A stretch of DNA of 60,310 nucleotides, filler included, from Basidiobolus meristosporus CBS 931.73 (Eukaryota; Fungi; Basidiobolomycota), in the NCBI GenBank assembly GCA_002104905.1. It is 4 parts of 4 records of this genome, joined end to end, with 100 filler letters (N's around TTAATTAATTAA, not from the genome) between each part and the next. Parts side by side here need not be neighbours in the genome. Positions count along the whole stretch, not along the records: positions 40,470 to 52,204 come from MCFE01001265.1; positions 52,305 to 60,310 come from MCFE01001344.1; 2 more parts are not named here. The stretch is one strand, 5' to 3'. The position numbers and the translations under genes were made by a program. The notes beneath the pieces were generated by a model that worked only from the letters and a program-made list of their open reading frames with translations, made no database searches and was not told the DNA's origin. Each line of letters opens with the position of its first letter. Position 1 is the first letter of the stretch. Shown here piece after piece: positions 46,877 to 60,310 of the stretch.

Positions 46877-48906
46877 AACCTGTAGCTGAACACACTGGGA
46901 TATGGAAGTCTATTGGAGCTACTAAACCTAGTACTCCAAGCTTGCTCTAAGTCATTCATACCCTCTGCAAGGTGGTTCTCCATTGCTGTCAGCTGCAAAT
47001 GAAGCTTCTAGGACTTTTGTTGCCATGGATGGTGGGATGAAGCCTTGTAGGGCAATAGTTCTTGTAATAGCAGAGAAGCTTAACAAGGGATCTCCTTGAG
47101 GAGATTGGGGTAGATGGACCACAGTACTTGGTATAGATCTCCTCTAGTGTCTGAACAGGAAATCCAGTGGTAGTGATTTGATTAATGAGAACAGACAATT
47201 TAGATGAGTAAGTCATTTTGAATTGGAAAGGATTGGGCTGAGTTTCTTTGATTCAATTTAGCACAATCAGCTTTATTTATTTAATTTTCCATGCATTATG
47301 ATTGAATCTCCATCAATTGCCATGTTTCCCATCATTATGTTGCAAAAATCATCCTCAAACAATGACTTAGTATTTTTATTGATGTTTTACTCACAGGTCT
47401 ATAATCAAATAGGAAATCTGCAATTGATGTGATTTGATCCGTGTCAATGCAATCCAAGATGCATCATGCATAATATATGGAAAATTCAACAATCACATTA
47501 GTTTTCATATATATTTCATAAAAGACCAGGTTGATGCCAATACACCACTGTATAAGTATTCAAATCCATCACTATGGTCACTATACCAAGTCTCAACTCA
47601 GCTTTAGTTCAGCCCAGACAAAACCCATCCCCCAGCTCACAAGCACAGTCTGGACCGGAAAGGCAATGTTGTATCCATTTGAGTTCTTGCCAAATGATTT
47701 TAGTATGGCCCAAACGTCTACAATGAGCATTCATACAGATATTTGGGCACTACACATTAATCTAGCGGAACTAGATACCTAGGAGAGTCAACAGAGATGA
47801 AAGAATCTGAGTAGAAAGCTGTGGCATGAGTTCTACATCAAGATGTCAGTGATGCATATAAGAAGATATATAATAGAACAAATATTCAAGTCAAGAATGA
47901 GCTGAGAGTGAGGGGACTTGATGAGGAAGCCATGCAGGAACAATTTTGCGCGCAATTTGTACAGTATGGGCTGGACATGTCTGTTTGTGCCTTGACTTTG
48001 GGAACCTAAGAGATTTTGAATGAGTTTTTGCCTCAAATGACTTATGTATTATGTGATATATTAGTAGAACTAAGTGGCTTCTGCAAGCAATATACACAGC
48101 ACTCATACAGGCAACAGTTGCAAAGTATTAGACGGAGGGTAAGTAAATACCTTGAGGAATCAAATGGTGGCTTCAAGAGGAGGAATACAGACTGCAAGCA
48201 ACATTCTCTAGATAGCACCAGCATGCCTTGCTTGATTCCTTACAATCCCTTGCAACTTCAGTGTGCCAGCGCATGTTAGTCCACACTATGCCAAGACCCT
48301 TCACAATAGCACCTTAAACACCCTGCATATGTATACATCATCTGTGGCACCAGTGCAGCCATTGGATTTGATTTGCACCCAAACAAATGGTAGCATGATA
48401 GCATTGACACCTTGTCCAATCACTAGGATCAAGGATTTACTTGCTAAATGGGCAAAATGGGATATTTGATGGCAAATCAGGTAGCTTGTGTATTGGTCAA
48501 AGAGCCAATTGGGGGCTGAAGGCTCCAGGATACTTTTGGACCAATTAACCACTGAGATACCATCCAATTGGAGTGATAGTAACCAAAATGGTAAGTATCA
48601 GTGTATTTTGTAGTGTGATAAGCATTTATTTCCATTTCCATTAAAGAAACATATCCAAATACCAGATTTTACCTACCATAATAGCGGTATCCAATTGCAC
48701 ATGTGATGTAAACATTACAAGTGGGCACAATTGTTTGTGCCAACCTCATTGTGTCAGATTGTGTCATAATGTGCAAGATTGTCCCACATGGTGCAAAATT
48801 GTCCAAGAGCAATTCTGCCTACTAGTAGCTACAATATTACACCCAATTGTTCTTAGAGACTGTGGATTATGCCACATCCCCTGGCATGGTACAATGGAAC
48901 AAGTCT
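46877..48906. mobile_element. PHIS-like transposon copy 3: left-truncated, internally deleted, most decayed
   Basis: Transposase N-terminus 46989-47216; ORF2 fragments; right TIR GGAACAAGTCT followed by AAT. Confidence 0.88.
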
Positions 48907-49190
48907 AATATATTCCTTCTCCCTGATGGATTCTAGCCCACTTATAGGTGCACTATAGCTCTTGTTTGGGTGAATTCTATATTAAATGGTGTAGAAATTG
49001 GCTCATGACTAAGAGAAATCTGGCATACCTTAGTAGTGCTTTGCAGATCAAAATTAGTTGCTTGTTGTACCTAACCCAACTTTGCATTATCAATTACCCA
49101 CACACTGGGACTGCTTAGCTTCTTAATGCCATAGGCATAGGTGTCCCATGTGCACATCTGTCCTCAGTATTTTCAAACTCATCCTGGCTG

Positions 49191-52100
49191 TGTTACAAGT
49201 CTTGGTATAAGAGTTGTAGAGGAATAGGGAGTTTAGCTAGTATTGTATTTACTAAAACTTGAACCAATTTTTATTGAGGTTCCAGCAGCTCCTTAAATAC
49301 ATTTTGCCAGATCAATTGCAGACTAATTGTATTTCCTAATGTAGGTTGTGGCTGATGACTCATTTGATTGCATCAACATCACCCAATAAGATCCTACTTA
49401 ATAAATCTATTTCTGTCTGATAAGGATCAGCTGATTCATTTGCTGACTAATGCTACTGACTTCATAGATAATACTGATACACTGATAACCTAAACATATA
49501 CTAATTGATTTTGACTAAATACTGATCTAACATAAACCTTCAAGCGGCAGATCATAACATTCTCCCCTACTAAAGTTGAGAGGGTTCTCCTGAGTCTCTT
49601 TTCTTGTGATACCAATATCTTGATGGTTCAGTATTATCAGCAAGTCTTGCAAGCTTGAGTCTGTCCCTATGCACTAAGTCTTCCTGGATATTGCCTTGTT
49701 TGTCCACCAGTTGGTAAGTTGCAAATGGACATTCTCTGATGATCTTGAATGGACCTGTCCATTGTGGCTCAAACTTCTTCCAAGTGTTGTTTCTTGGCAA
49801 TACAAAGTTCCCAACTGTCAATGCTTCTGGTGCTATAGTCTTATCAAATCTCTGCTTCATTTTTTCTGCACTTTGAGATACTTTGGTCTGTGCCTCTTGA
49901 CGTCTTTGTTCCAGTTGCTGGTGACTACTTGGCTGACTAAGTTCATCTTCTAAGGCATCTGTAAGCTTGGGTTGTGTGAGATCTCCTGGAATCCTTGGTT
50001 CACATCCATACACTAAGTAAAATGGTAATTGCTGGGTGGTGTTGTGTACTCTGACTCTGCATGCAAAGAGTACTTGGTCTATATACTCATCCCATCTACT
50101 GACAACTCCATTTGCATACTTGGTCAGCATTTTTCCAAATAATCCATTAAACCGCTCAGTTACTCCATTAGTTCTGGGATGAAATGCCAAGGTTTTCAAG
50201 TGTCTGATCTACTGCATTTCCAGGTAAGCCTCTAATGTCTTTGCCATGAGGTTTGCTCCTCTATCAGATAAGATCTCCACAGGGCATCCAAACTTCATCA
50301 GGATCTCATGGTAAATGAAACTTGCAACTTTTTGTTCACTGGCTATTGGTACAGCTTAAGCAACTGGCCATTTAGTGGCATGGTCAATTGCTACTAGGAT
50401 CCAATGGTTGCATTTCCTGGTAGCTGGCAGTCTTCCAATAAAATCAATTTGCCATCTTTCAAATGGTCTTACAGGCTCCAAGGGAAAGAGTTTGGCAATT
50501 CTCTGTGATTGTTCTGCTGAGTTCAGTTTCTTGGATTCAAAGGCAACAGGGTAGTCCTTCCCCTTGTGTTCTTGGCTCAGCACTCCACCAATTGCATAAT
50601 CTGAAGCATCTGTGCACAGAGTGAACTCTTTTCTGAAGTCTGGTATTCTTAAGCTTGGCAGCTTAGCAAGCTCATTCTTGAGCGTCTGGAAGGCGGTCTC
50701 ACAAGCTATGCCCCACTGGTAGGTATTGTCTTTCTTGAGGATATCAGTTAAAGGGGCTGCAATACTTGCAAGTGACTTGACAAATCTGCAATAATAGGAA
50801 ACCATTCCAAGAAACAATCCGAGCTCTGATATGCTATGGGGCTGCTTCAACATCTTGATTACTTCCACCTTCTTGGGGTCTAAGGTTACTCCTGTGCTAG
50901 TCACTATGTGTCCCAGATATTCTACATGTTCCTTGAGGAATTCACACTTGGGTAGCTTGCCATAAAGCTAGTTCTCTCTTAGCTTCTTCAAGACCTTTGC
51001 AATGTGCACTAAGTGATCCTCTTCTGTCTTGCTGTATATCAGTATATCATCTAGGTGGATTATGACAAACTTGTCTAAGTACTCCTGGAGGACAGTCTGC
51101 ATCAGGGTCATGAAAGTTGCAAGGGCATTGGTGAGACCAAACCACATGACTAAGTACTTGTAATGTCCATATCTGGTCCTAAATGCTGTCTTAGGAATAT
51201 CTTTTGGTTTCACCCTAATTTGGTTGTATCCTGACATGAGGTCAATCTTGCTGAAAATGGTGGCTCCATTAAGTTGGTCCAAAAGCTCATCTATCCAAGG
51301 TATGGGGTACTTATTCTTGACGGTAACTGAGTTCCGGGCTCTGTAGTCAATGCACATCCTAAGTGTTCCATCCTTCTTTTTCACAAAAAGCACTGGTACT
51401 CCCCAGGGTGACTTGCTGGGCCAGATGTATCCTTGCTCCAATAGCTGATCAATTTGTCTCTTCATTTCCTCTAATTCCAATGGACTCATTCTGTAAGATG
51501 TCTTGCTCACTGGAGGGCTATCTCCTGTGTCAATGGCATGATCCACCTCTCTGACTGGTGGTAGGCTTACAAGCTCATCTGGAAACACGTCCTAATATTT
51601 CTTCAAGAGAGTCTGGACCTGCTGGGGTGCTGGGGTAGAGGAATCCTCCTGTAAAACCGCCATGAGGAACATCTGAGTACCTTTTCTAGGTACTCTACAG
51701 AACTGGGTCTTGCTAAGTTCACTTGTCTCACACATACTGGAATTGACCAAGTTAAAATCCAGCCTGGCAGGTAATTGCTCATAGGACTTGTTGTCTTTTT
51801 GGATCTGCGTAGCATGGGTTCTCCAGTTGATTGATGGATTACAACAAAATAGCCAGGTTTTTCCATGTACAAGGTCAAACTTGCAGTTCCCAAATATATA
51901 AGCCTGTAGGTCTTCTTCATAGTCATTGATCTTCATTCTTACTGGCTGGGTAATACGGTTGATTATGTGGGAGTTCCCATCAGCTGTGGAGACTGAAGTT
52001 GATTTGGTAGGTTCTGAGTTGATTCCAGCTTTCAAAGCATATTGCTCTGACATGTACTCATGCAATGCTCCTGAGTCAATCATGATCTTGGCAGGTACTC

Positions 52101-52204
52101 CATTGATTACTCCATTCAAGTACAATAACTTCCCTGAGTTTGAAGTCATTTGGGACAAGTACTCTTCCATCACATAAAAGGTGAGTTCTGAGTCTTCTTC
52201 AAGC
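49191..52204 (-). mobile_element. Ty3/gypsy family F remnant: protease, RT, partly deleted RH-IN, probable 3' LTR 49191-49559
   Basis: MIDSGA; [27 protein letters not shown]; WQIDFIG; WTGPF; TG..CA segment beside a PPT-like tctcccct; cut by contig end. Confidence 0.85.
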
Positions 52205-52304
52205 NNNNNNNNNNNNNNNNNNNNNNNNNNNNNNNNNNNNNNNNNNNNTTAATTAATTAANNNNNNNNNNNNNNNNNNNNNNNNNNNNNNNNNNNNNNNN
52301 NNNN
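52205..52304. other. Artificial contig spacer
   Basis: N44-TTAATTAATTAA-N44. Confidence 0.97.
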
Positions 52305-55300
52305 ATCTAAGTGACTAAGTTGGGTGAATATTTAGGTGGAGTTACAAATTTTTACAACACTCCCACTCAGCTAAATGCTCATACTCACTAGTCCTAATTT
52401 TGACCTAAGATATTCAAACTTGTCTCTAGCTAATGGTTTGGTATATGTGTTTGCAATCATTTCATCTGTAGAACAGTAACCTAAGCTAACTAAGTTATTC
52501 TCTATAGCTTCACATATGAAATAGTGTCTAATATCTATGTGCTTGGTTCTGGCATGAAAAGTTGGATTTCCACCTAATTGTATACATCTTTGATTATCTT
52601 GAAATAAGGTAATAGGAATTTTTTGACACAGGCCTAAATTTGTAAAAAGTTTTCTTAACCACATTGCTTCTTTTGTAGCTTCACAGGCTGCCATATACTC
52701 TGCCTCTGTGGTGAAAAGTGCTATGGTTGGTTGCTTTCTTGAATTCCATGAAATTGCTCCCTTACAGTAAATAAAGGTGTATCCTGTGGTGGATCTTCTG
52801 TCTTCTAAGTTTTGTCCCCAATCAGCATCAGAGTATTCCACAAGATCCTGTTCTGAGTGCTTATAAGTGTAGCCTAAGCAAATATCAGCAGTTCCTTTTA
52901 GGTATTTAAAAATCTGCTTAACTGCTGCAATATGATCAGATCCATAGTTCTGATTATGTTGGCTGACAACTCCCACTGAATATGAGATATCTGGACGTGT
53001 TCCAAGCATGCTATACATCAAGCTGCCAACCATATATAGATAAGGAAAGTCAGGGCTTTCCAATGGCACCAAGCTCTCTTGATTTGGTTGAGTTTTGACC
53101 AAGTTAAGGTTTGTCTCCATTGGGGTAGCCGCCAGTTTACAGTCTTCCATTTTGTACTTCTTTAGTATATCTTGAATATACTTGGATTGGCTTAGGGTAA
53201 TAGTCTGGGTACTTCTGTCTATGGAGAACTTAATCTCTAAGTAGTAACTAAGGTCCCCTAGATTGGACATCTTGAACTCCTTAGATAGGCTGGATTTAGT
53301 CTCTTCCAATGTTTCTAGGTTATTAGTGGCTATAATAAGATCATCCACATATAGGGCTAATAGGACTGGATTTGCTCTATCTGGCTTGCAGTATATACTA
53401 TAGTCAGCATTACTCCTTTTGAAACTCAAAGATTCCAAATAAGAATCTATCTTGCAAATCCAGGCTCTTGGTGATTGTTTGAGACCATATAATGACTTTT
53501 TAAGCTTGTAGACCAAATTTTACATCCATTTGATGAATAAAAAACGTATATTTGGCTGCAATAGCCTATATTAATCTGATGGAATTAAACTTGACTACCG
53601 GTGCAAAGGTCTCAGTATAGTGAAGTCCTTTTGTTTGAGAGTATCCTTTGGCTACAAGTCTTGCTTTGTATCTCTCAATTGTACCATCAGCCTTGTATTT
53701 TTTCTTGAAGACCAATCTGCATACAATTGATTTTTGGTTGATTGGTACTTTGACCAAGTCCCAAGTTTGATTTTCCATCAGGGCCTAATATTCCTCAGTC
53801 ATTGCAGATCTCCAAAACTTCATCTGAGGGCTATTCAGGGCCTCTTTTACAGAGTGGGGTTCATCAATATGGACTGAATAGGCATAGGCTAAGTTTGTGC
53901 CCTCATTGATATGGTAATTTGGGCTATTTCTTGTCCAATTGGATCTCCAGGCATTTGATACTGGAATGATCACTTCTGGGATGTTCCTGGGCACTGATTC
54001 TGGCTGAACCACGGTTGTAGAGTCTTCTGGAGTGAAAAAAATCTCATTGTTTTGCTCTGATTCAATCCTGACAATTGGTGGACTTGAGATCAAATTTTTG
54101 TCATCATCTGATGTCATTTTTTAAGAAAATTTTGAAATTTCATCAAACAACACATCCCTGGACTTGATCAGCTTCTTTGCTTTGGTATTGTAGAGTCTGT
54201 ATGCCTTACTCTCATTGCAGTAGCCCAAAAATATGCATTTTACACTTTTTGGCTCATATTTTGACTGATTTCCGGCCAGTTTTTTGGCATATGCTGTACA
54301 CCCAAATATTCATAGATGTTCTGCACTTGGTCTGTATCCATACCATGCCTCAAATGGAGTAGAATCACAAAGTATTCTGTTATAACACCTGTTTTTAAGA
54401 TATACAACAGTGGCAACTGATTCCACCCAAAAATCATAGGATAATTTTTGATCATGGATTATAGATCTTACCATATCAATTATTGATTTGTTAGCACGTT
54501 TTGCTACTCCATTTTGCTGTGGGGAGTATGGTACAGTAGTCTCTTGCTTTATCCAATGAATTTTGCAGAAGTGGATGAAGAGTTTTGAGGTATATTCTCC
54601 ACCATTGTCAGAGCATATTTTCTTGATTTTTTCACCAGTGTCTCTCTCCACCATGGCTTTAAACTCCCTGAACTTAGACAGAGCTTCTTCCTTTCTCTCC
54701 ATGAAGTAGACCCATGTGTATCTTGTATAATCATCAATTAAAGTGATTAAATACTTCATCCCACCTAAGGATAAATTTTGCATAGGTCCACACAGATCTG
54801 AGTGAATTAGATCTAATTTTTTCTTAGTTTTGATTAACCCAAAGCTTTTTAACAGTTGTCTGGCTTGTTTCCCATATATGCAGGCTTCACAGTGCTCTAA
54901 ATTAGCTGGGGGATCAATTTTCACTTCAAAAATTAGCTGATCTTTGATCATTTTACACATATATTCAAAATTGATGGGTCCAAATCTCCTGTGCCAAAGC
55001 ATTGGTGTTTCTTCATTTAAGTTACTTTTATTGGCCTCCAAATAAGATGAAATGTAAGTCAACTTGTATAGATTCTGATCTCTGATGCCCAAAGCAATAT
55101 GGGCACCATTTTGATCAGTGATCCTGCATCCAGAATTGTCAAAACTGAAACTGAGTCCTTCTGCTGTGGCCTTGCTCACAGAGAGTAGGTACTTGGCTAT
55201 TTCTGGTACATAGAGTACTTCTTTAAAGGTCAGTGTATGGCTTCCTTCACTGCTTCTTAGGTTTATTTGGATAGTTCCTTCTCCCACTGCATCAAGTGTT

Positions 55301-55697
55301 CTATTGTCACCCATGAAAACCTTCTTAATAGGAATTTCTTGATATTGGGTAAAAAGTTCTTTTTGGTGTGTTAAGTGTAGAGAAGCTCCAGAGTCAATAT
55401 ATCACGTCTGAGAATCCTTGTTTGTGGTCATATTCAGTGCAGATATGAATAGTCTATCTTCAGTTGTTGCAGCATTTCCATATTCAGTCTTCTTTTGCTG
55501 ATAATCTCTCTTTTTGCAACACCAGTCTGATATGTGTCCTTTCCATTTGCAGTAGTTGCAAAACAGGTTGCTGTTGCCTTTATAGGGTCTTGGGTACCTC
55601 CTTTGTTGGTTATCATTGCTTATTAAAGCATTTTCTTCTTCCTTCTTATTGGCGCTTGATTTTCTTAATTCTTCATCCAGGAGCCTTCCATATACGT
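52305..55697 (-). mobile_element. Copia family A element A7: partial 3' LTR (52305-52359), RT-RH, integrase, part of gag; interrupted by Ty3 B3
   Basis: ORFs 52371-53516 and 54310-55314 with copia RT/RH/IN motifs; small deletion near 53517. Confidence 0.9.
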
Positions 55698-58600
55698 TGT
55701 GGTGGTGTATAGGTCCAAGGGAGAGATACGTCCAACACTTCTCAAGTGTTTTGTGTGTGGGGTGTTCACTGGGTGCAATAACCACTGGCAAAAGCTTGCT
55801 AGGAATACTTGGGTTCTGTCTCTAATCTAATGTGAAGGGGAATAAAGCCACAAGCTTGTCAAGGGAAAACTATTGAGCTACAATCCCCAACTTAGTTGGC
55901 GTCTTAACAAAAGTATGTGCTGGGTTCAGCGTCCTTTGAGATGACAATGTACTAAAGCTTCCAAAGTCAAAACAACTGTAAACTCCACCAGCAGGGACTT
56001 GATAAGAATGCAGCTGTGGTCAATAGTTACAAAGACAGAAAAGTATCTTTGCCTGTACAAGAACAAACTTGGGAAAGAATCAAATATAATAAAAGATACC
56101 TACTCTGAGTATTCCTCACAAGTAGTGCCTCCAAGGTCAGTTGGCTGTCAGCGCGGTTTCCTGGGGGTGTCCTGTGGTCTAGGGTTGGAAGTTCAGGTAG
56201 CAGCAGGTAGCAGTGATCACACTAATCAACAAGTTGGTATATTGATAAAAGGGATGATGATTTATTGTTGAGGGATAGCCTCCCTTATATACTTTTCTCA
56301 CTGGCTAAGTGATTACTAATCATGGTGTTCCAGAAGGTTCCGGAGATCAATAGAAATCTTAATGACATCAGAATGACCTAAGAATGTTCTAAGTAGGTGC
56401 CGGAAGGTTCTAAGAGGCACAGCACATCCAACCAATCAGGAATCAGTATTCTGAAACCTGTGTAACATGGGGATACCATATATGGTATGGAAATGGTAGG
56501 GATGGTGACACGGGCTGATCATGTGTCACAGGTACTGGCGCGGGTACTTGCCTAATATAGAAGTACTTATAGCTAGTAATCTTACATAAAGTGAGGGTTA
56601 ACTTATGCAATAAGGTAAGCAGGTGTGATAGTCAACCAGCTTATGGGATAGTACTGATTGGGTAAGACAAATGGGATAAAACTAAAATAAGTGTAGTAGA
56701 GATATAGGGAAGTAGAAAATAAGGGAATGAGCACATCTGTCAGTGGGTGTCACTGTCACCCCACTACATCCACCCCCCTCTCAGCTTTGAACTTGGGTCA
56801 AAGCAAACTAATCTTGATGTGCGAAATTCCTATGCTTGAATAACTTAAGTTGATTTCCAGCAACTGGTGCTCTCAACTGGGTGTTGTCAAGCTCAGATAT
56901 GTAATAACTTCCATTTCCAATCACTTTGGAAATGAGGTAGGGGCCAGTCCATTTGTTGTCAAACTTCCGACTCCATTGCTTGTCCAAGGTAGAATCATAG
57001 AGTAATACTGGGTCTCCTAGTGATAGTGGTTTTGGTCTTGTTGGGTGTGATTTGTCAAAGGGCACCTTGTTCTTCAGTCGTGTATCCTTAAGTTGTTCAG
57101 CAGCTCTGCTAATATTCAAGTCATGGTGATCAAGTTGCTGTATGCAAGTTGCAAGGAGGTCTTCAGTCTGCATATTGGATCTCCAATTCAATGAGTTCCA
57201 AGTGACTGTGTTTAACTCAACTGGTAGTATGCAGTCATGTCCATAGAGTAGCTTGAATGGCGATAATCCAGTTGTTCTCTTGGTAGTAATTCTATCTGCC
57301 CAGAGTGCTAGATGTAATTGCTGTGGCCACAGTGTTGTGTTATTCTCACAAGTCTTGACAAGAGAGTTCACCAATGGTCCATGTCCTCTCTCTATCATTC
57401 CATTGGCTTGAGGGTGGTAGGCGGTTGTAAAAGCAATGTGTATCTTGTACTTTGAGCACAACTCCTGGATCATTTGGGATGTCATCTCTCCTCTGTCAGC
57501 AACAAACTGTTGGATGCAGCCAAATCTGCAGATGATGTCTTCAAGTATAAATCTCCATATGGTATGGCTCTTGTTGTTGGGCAAGGCTCGAGCCTCTGCC
57601 CATCCACTAAGGTCATCTCTAGCAACAATCAGGTACTTTTTTGATCCAGCTGTTGGCATGTGGACAAGGTTGATACCAACCTTTTGCCATAGACAGATTG
57701 TGTAAGTAGGATGCAGTGGTTCTTCATAACGCTTGGAGGATCTCTTCTGGCAGGCTACACATGACTCAACAAAGTGTTGAATATCATAGTACATGTTTTC
57801 CCAGTAGTACCTCTGAGCTGTGGTATAGTAGGTGGCTTCTCGTCCTCTATGTCCTCCTGGTTCTCCTTGGTGGATACTTGTCATGATGTTCAGTTGTTCT
57901 TGAGGGGTAGTGACTACTCTTCTTGGCATAAGTCCAGGCTTCACTCGCTTAAAGAGAAGATCATCTTTAAGATAGTAGTGATGTGCCTTCTTCCTGAGTT
58001 TTCTAAACTCCTGAATTTCCATCCAACTAGGTTTTTTAAGTGTTCTTAGATATTCCTTGATCAGACTCCAGGTAGTTCTCTCTTGGTCTTTGATGGCAAT
58101 CTGTTGGATCTCTGCATCAATAATATCATCAAAGTGAGGGTCCAAGTCTTCAACTAATTGTGGTCCTTTCCTGGAGAGTGCATCAGCCACAACATTTGTT
58201 TTGCCAGGGATATGTCTGACCTCAAAGTCAAACATTTTCAGCCATGCCATCCATCGGTTTGTGGCATCATCAGGTAGGTCAGGCTTGTTGATCATTCCTA
58301 TAAGTGGCTTGGCATCTGTCTCCAGGATAAAATGTGTCATGTAGAGTTGTGACTTCAGTTTCCTCAGCATCTTCACAACTCCTAGTAGTTCTCTCTTAAT
58401 CTGTGAGTATCTTTGCTCTCTAGGAGAGAATAGGCAGCTCTCATATCTGCAGGCATAGCGGTTGCCATCTTCATCATCTTGTCCAAGTAGTGCTCCAGCT
58501 CCTATAGGGCTTGCATCCACTGTCAAAATAGGTGGGCATTCAGTGTTTTGATAGTCAAGAGGTCTTAGAACTGGTGGAGATACTAAGGCCTCTTTCAGTA

Positions 58601-60310
58601 ATTGCATGGCTTCTTCTTGCTCTTCTCCCCAGATAAATGGGGTATTCTTTCTCTGTAGTCGGTAGATTGGTTCTGCTATCTCAGAAAATCTTGGGATCCA
58701 GATCCTAAAGAACCCACAAGCTGCCACAAAGCCACGAGCTTGTGTTAGATTTGTGGGGGTAGGCCAGTTGCATATCTTTTGTGTCTTGGAATCTCCAGGT
58801 GAGCGACCAAAGGTATTGCATTTTTGTCCAACAATGGATATCTCTGATACACCAAAGCTGCTTTTCTCACCACTGATGGTGAGTCCAGCTTCTTCAATGG
58901 CTCCTAATATGGCATCATTGTCTGAAATATGATCATAGACAAACTTTCTGACTCCAGGCATGACTTCAGTGGTGTCCCGGGTTTTTGGTCCTTTGATGCC
59001 TATGTCATCAACAAAGACAGCAAGTTTCTCAGGTATAAACTGATACAGCACATTTACCATGCATCTCTGGAACTGAGCCACGGAGTTTGTAGCCCCTTGA
59101 CTGAGTCTTGTCATCCTTAACAGTCCAAATGGTGTCTGTAGTGCAAACATATCTCTTGATGTCTCATCAAGGGGAATCTGGTCATATCCTGAGTAGAGAT
59201 CGTATGTTGAGTAGATGGAGTGGCCACTAAAGCTTTCTGCAAAGTCATCAATAGATGGAGGTATAGCAGCATCTCTGATAGTGACAGCATTTGCAGGTTG
59301 CATGTCTTGAATGAATCGGAGCTTTCCATTCTTCTTTTTGGTCACAAACCATCTGTTAGCATAGGGTCCATGGCAAGGTTCTAGGATACCAGCTTCTATC
59401 TTCTTCTTAAGTAGGTCATGCACATCAGCTTGGAGTCCTCTGGGCAGTGGGTAAGGCTTAAATGACCAGGGTGTGTGGGGCACTGTATGAATCTTGATAG
59501 GTTTTTCAACCAATGTCTTTAAGAGTCCCATCTCCTTGTCATTATATGAGAAGACCTTATCATGCCTTTTCAAGGTCTCCTTGAATAATAGTATCTCCTC
59601 TGGTGTTAGGTTTCCATCACCAATGATAAGTTGCTTAAGTCTCTCAGGTGTAAGTTGTATATCATCTGATGTTTCTTCTGGTGGTCTAATGTAATCAGCA
59701 GGTCGAGATCCATCAGTCAGTGGGGTAAGTGATGGTCTAATCTTCTGTTCTACTGTCTTGTATTTTGTTCAAACCATAGCTGTTTGCTCCTGTATACCTA
59801 ATGAGCAGCTCCAAATGTTGGGGTGTATATTGTCAGGCTCTTCATCTTCTTCCATAACAAGATGTGTCTTCTGGCAAGCAGTATGTGTCCTCTTATTGTT
59901 GGGTGTTACACCACAGAAGGTTGACTGTAGTCCTGGATTGGATCCTTGTATGGTGTACCATACTGACCCATTGGAATAGTTGGTAGTTGTAGCCTTAGTA
60001 CTGGTTTCCCATGGTCTACCTAGCAGAAGGTCAAAGTTTGCCTTCTGGCAGATGAAGAGGGGAAGCCAGACCTTGATTCCTTGTACCTCAATAGGGAACT
60101 TGTGCACTACACCGTAGAGTGGACTAGATCCTGAGTTTGCATCAGTCATGTTCCATCCAATATCTCTATCAACAGGCAGTAGCTCCTTGCTTCTAAGTGT
60201 CTTCCAGAAGTCTAGCGGCATAACACAAATCTCTGAGCCACTGTCAATATGGCAGTCAACAGGGTCATCATATATAACTACCTTTCACCACAGCAGTTGC
60301 AACTGAGTAA
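55698..60310 (-). mobile_element. Ty3 family B element B3: 3' LTR 55698-56768, pol 56808->60310 with one premature TGA at 59769-59771
   Basis: Near-identical to B1 in reverse; runs off the window end. Confidence 0.95.

Noticed and set aside
21727-60310. B1 and B3 as a giant inverted repeat or segmental duplication
   Set aside because: They lie on different contigs with different flanks; independent insertions

Overview
Eukaryotic, most likely fungal, repeat-dense DNA. It is a pseudo-molecule of four contigs (1-27911, 28012-40369, 40470-52204, 52305-60310) joined by artificial N44-TTAATTAATTAA-N44 spacers, so adjacency across gaps means nothing. The only host gene is a 5'-truncated, 4-intron Transformer-2-like RS-RRM-RS gene (28012-28932) in a CpG-rich island. 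Almost everything else is nested, CpG-eroded transposons. These comprise two Ty1/copia families primed by a half-tRNA-iMet PBS, including a near-complete 4.7 kb element with a GAGGC TSD; at least three Ty3/gypsy families, one with an uninterrupted 1617-aa Gag-Pol and ~1.07 kb LTRs; and decayed CACTA/EnSpm (Tnp2) elements with a divergent second ORF. There is also a 3.4 kb two-gene DDE_Tnp_4 (PIF/Harbinger-ISL2-like) DNA transposon with AAT target duplications, 10-bp-phased GGCAC subterminal arrays, an unrecognised partner protein and 211-bp MITE derivatives. The best candidates for something undescribed are this two-component transposon/MITE system and the apparent CpG-centred 4-bp target sites of the long-LTR Ty3 family. 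All family assignments come from motif recognition by eye; no searches were run.
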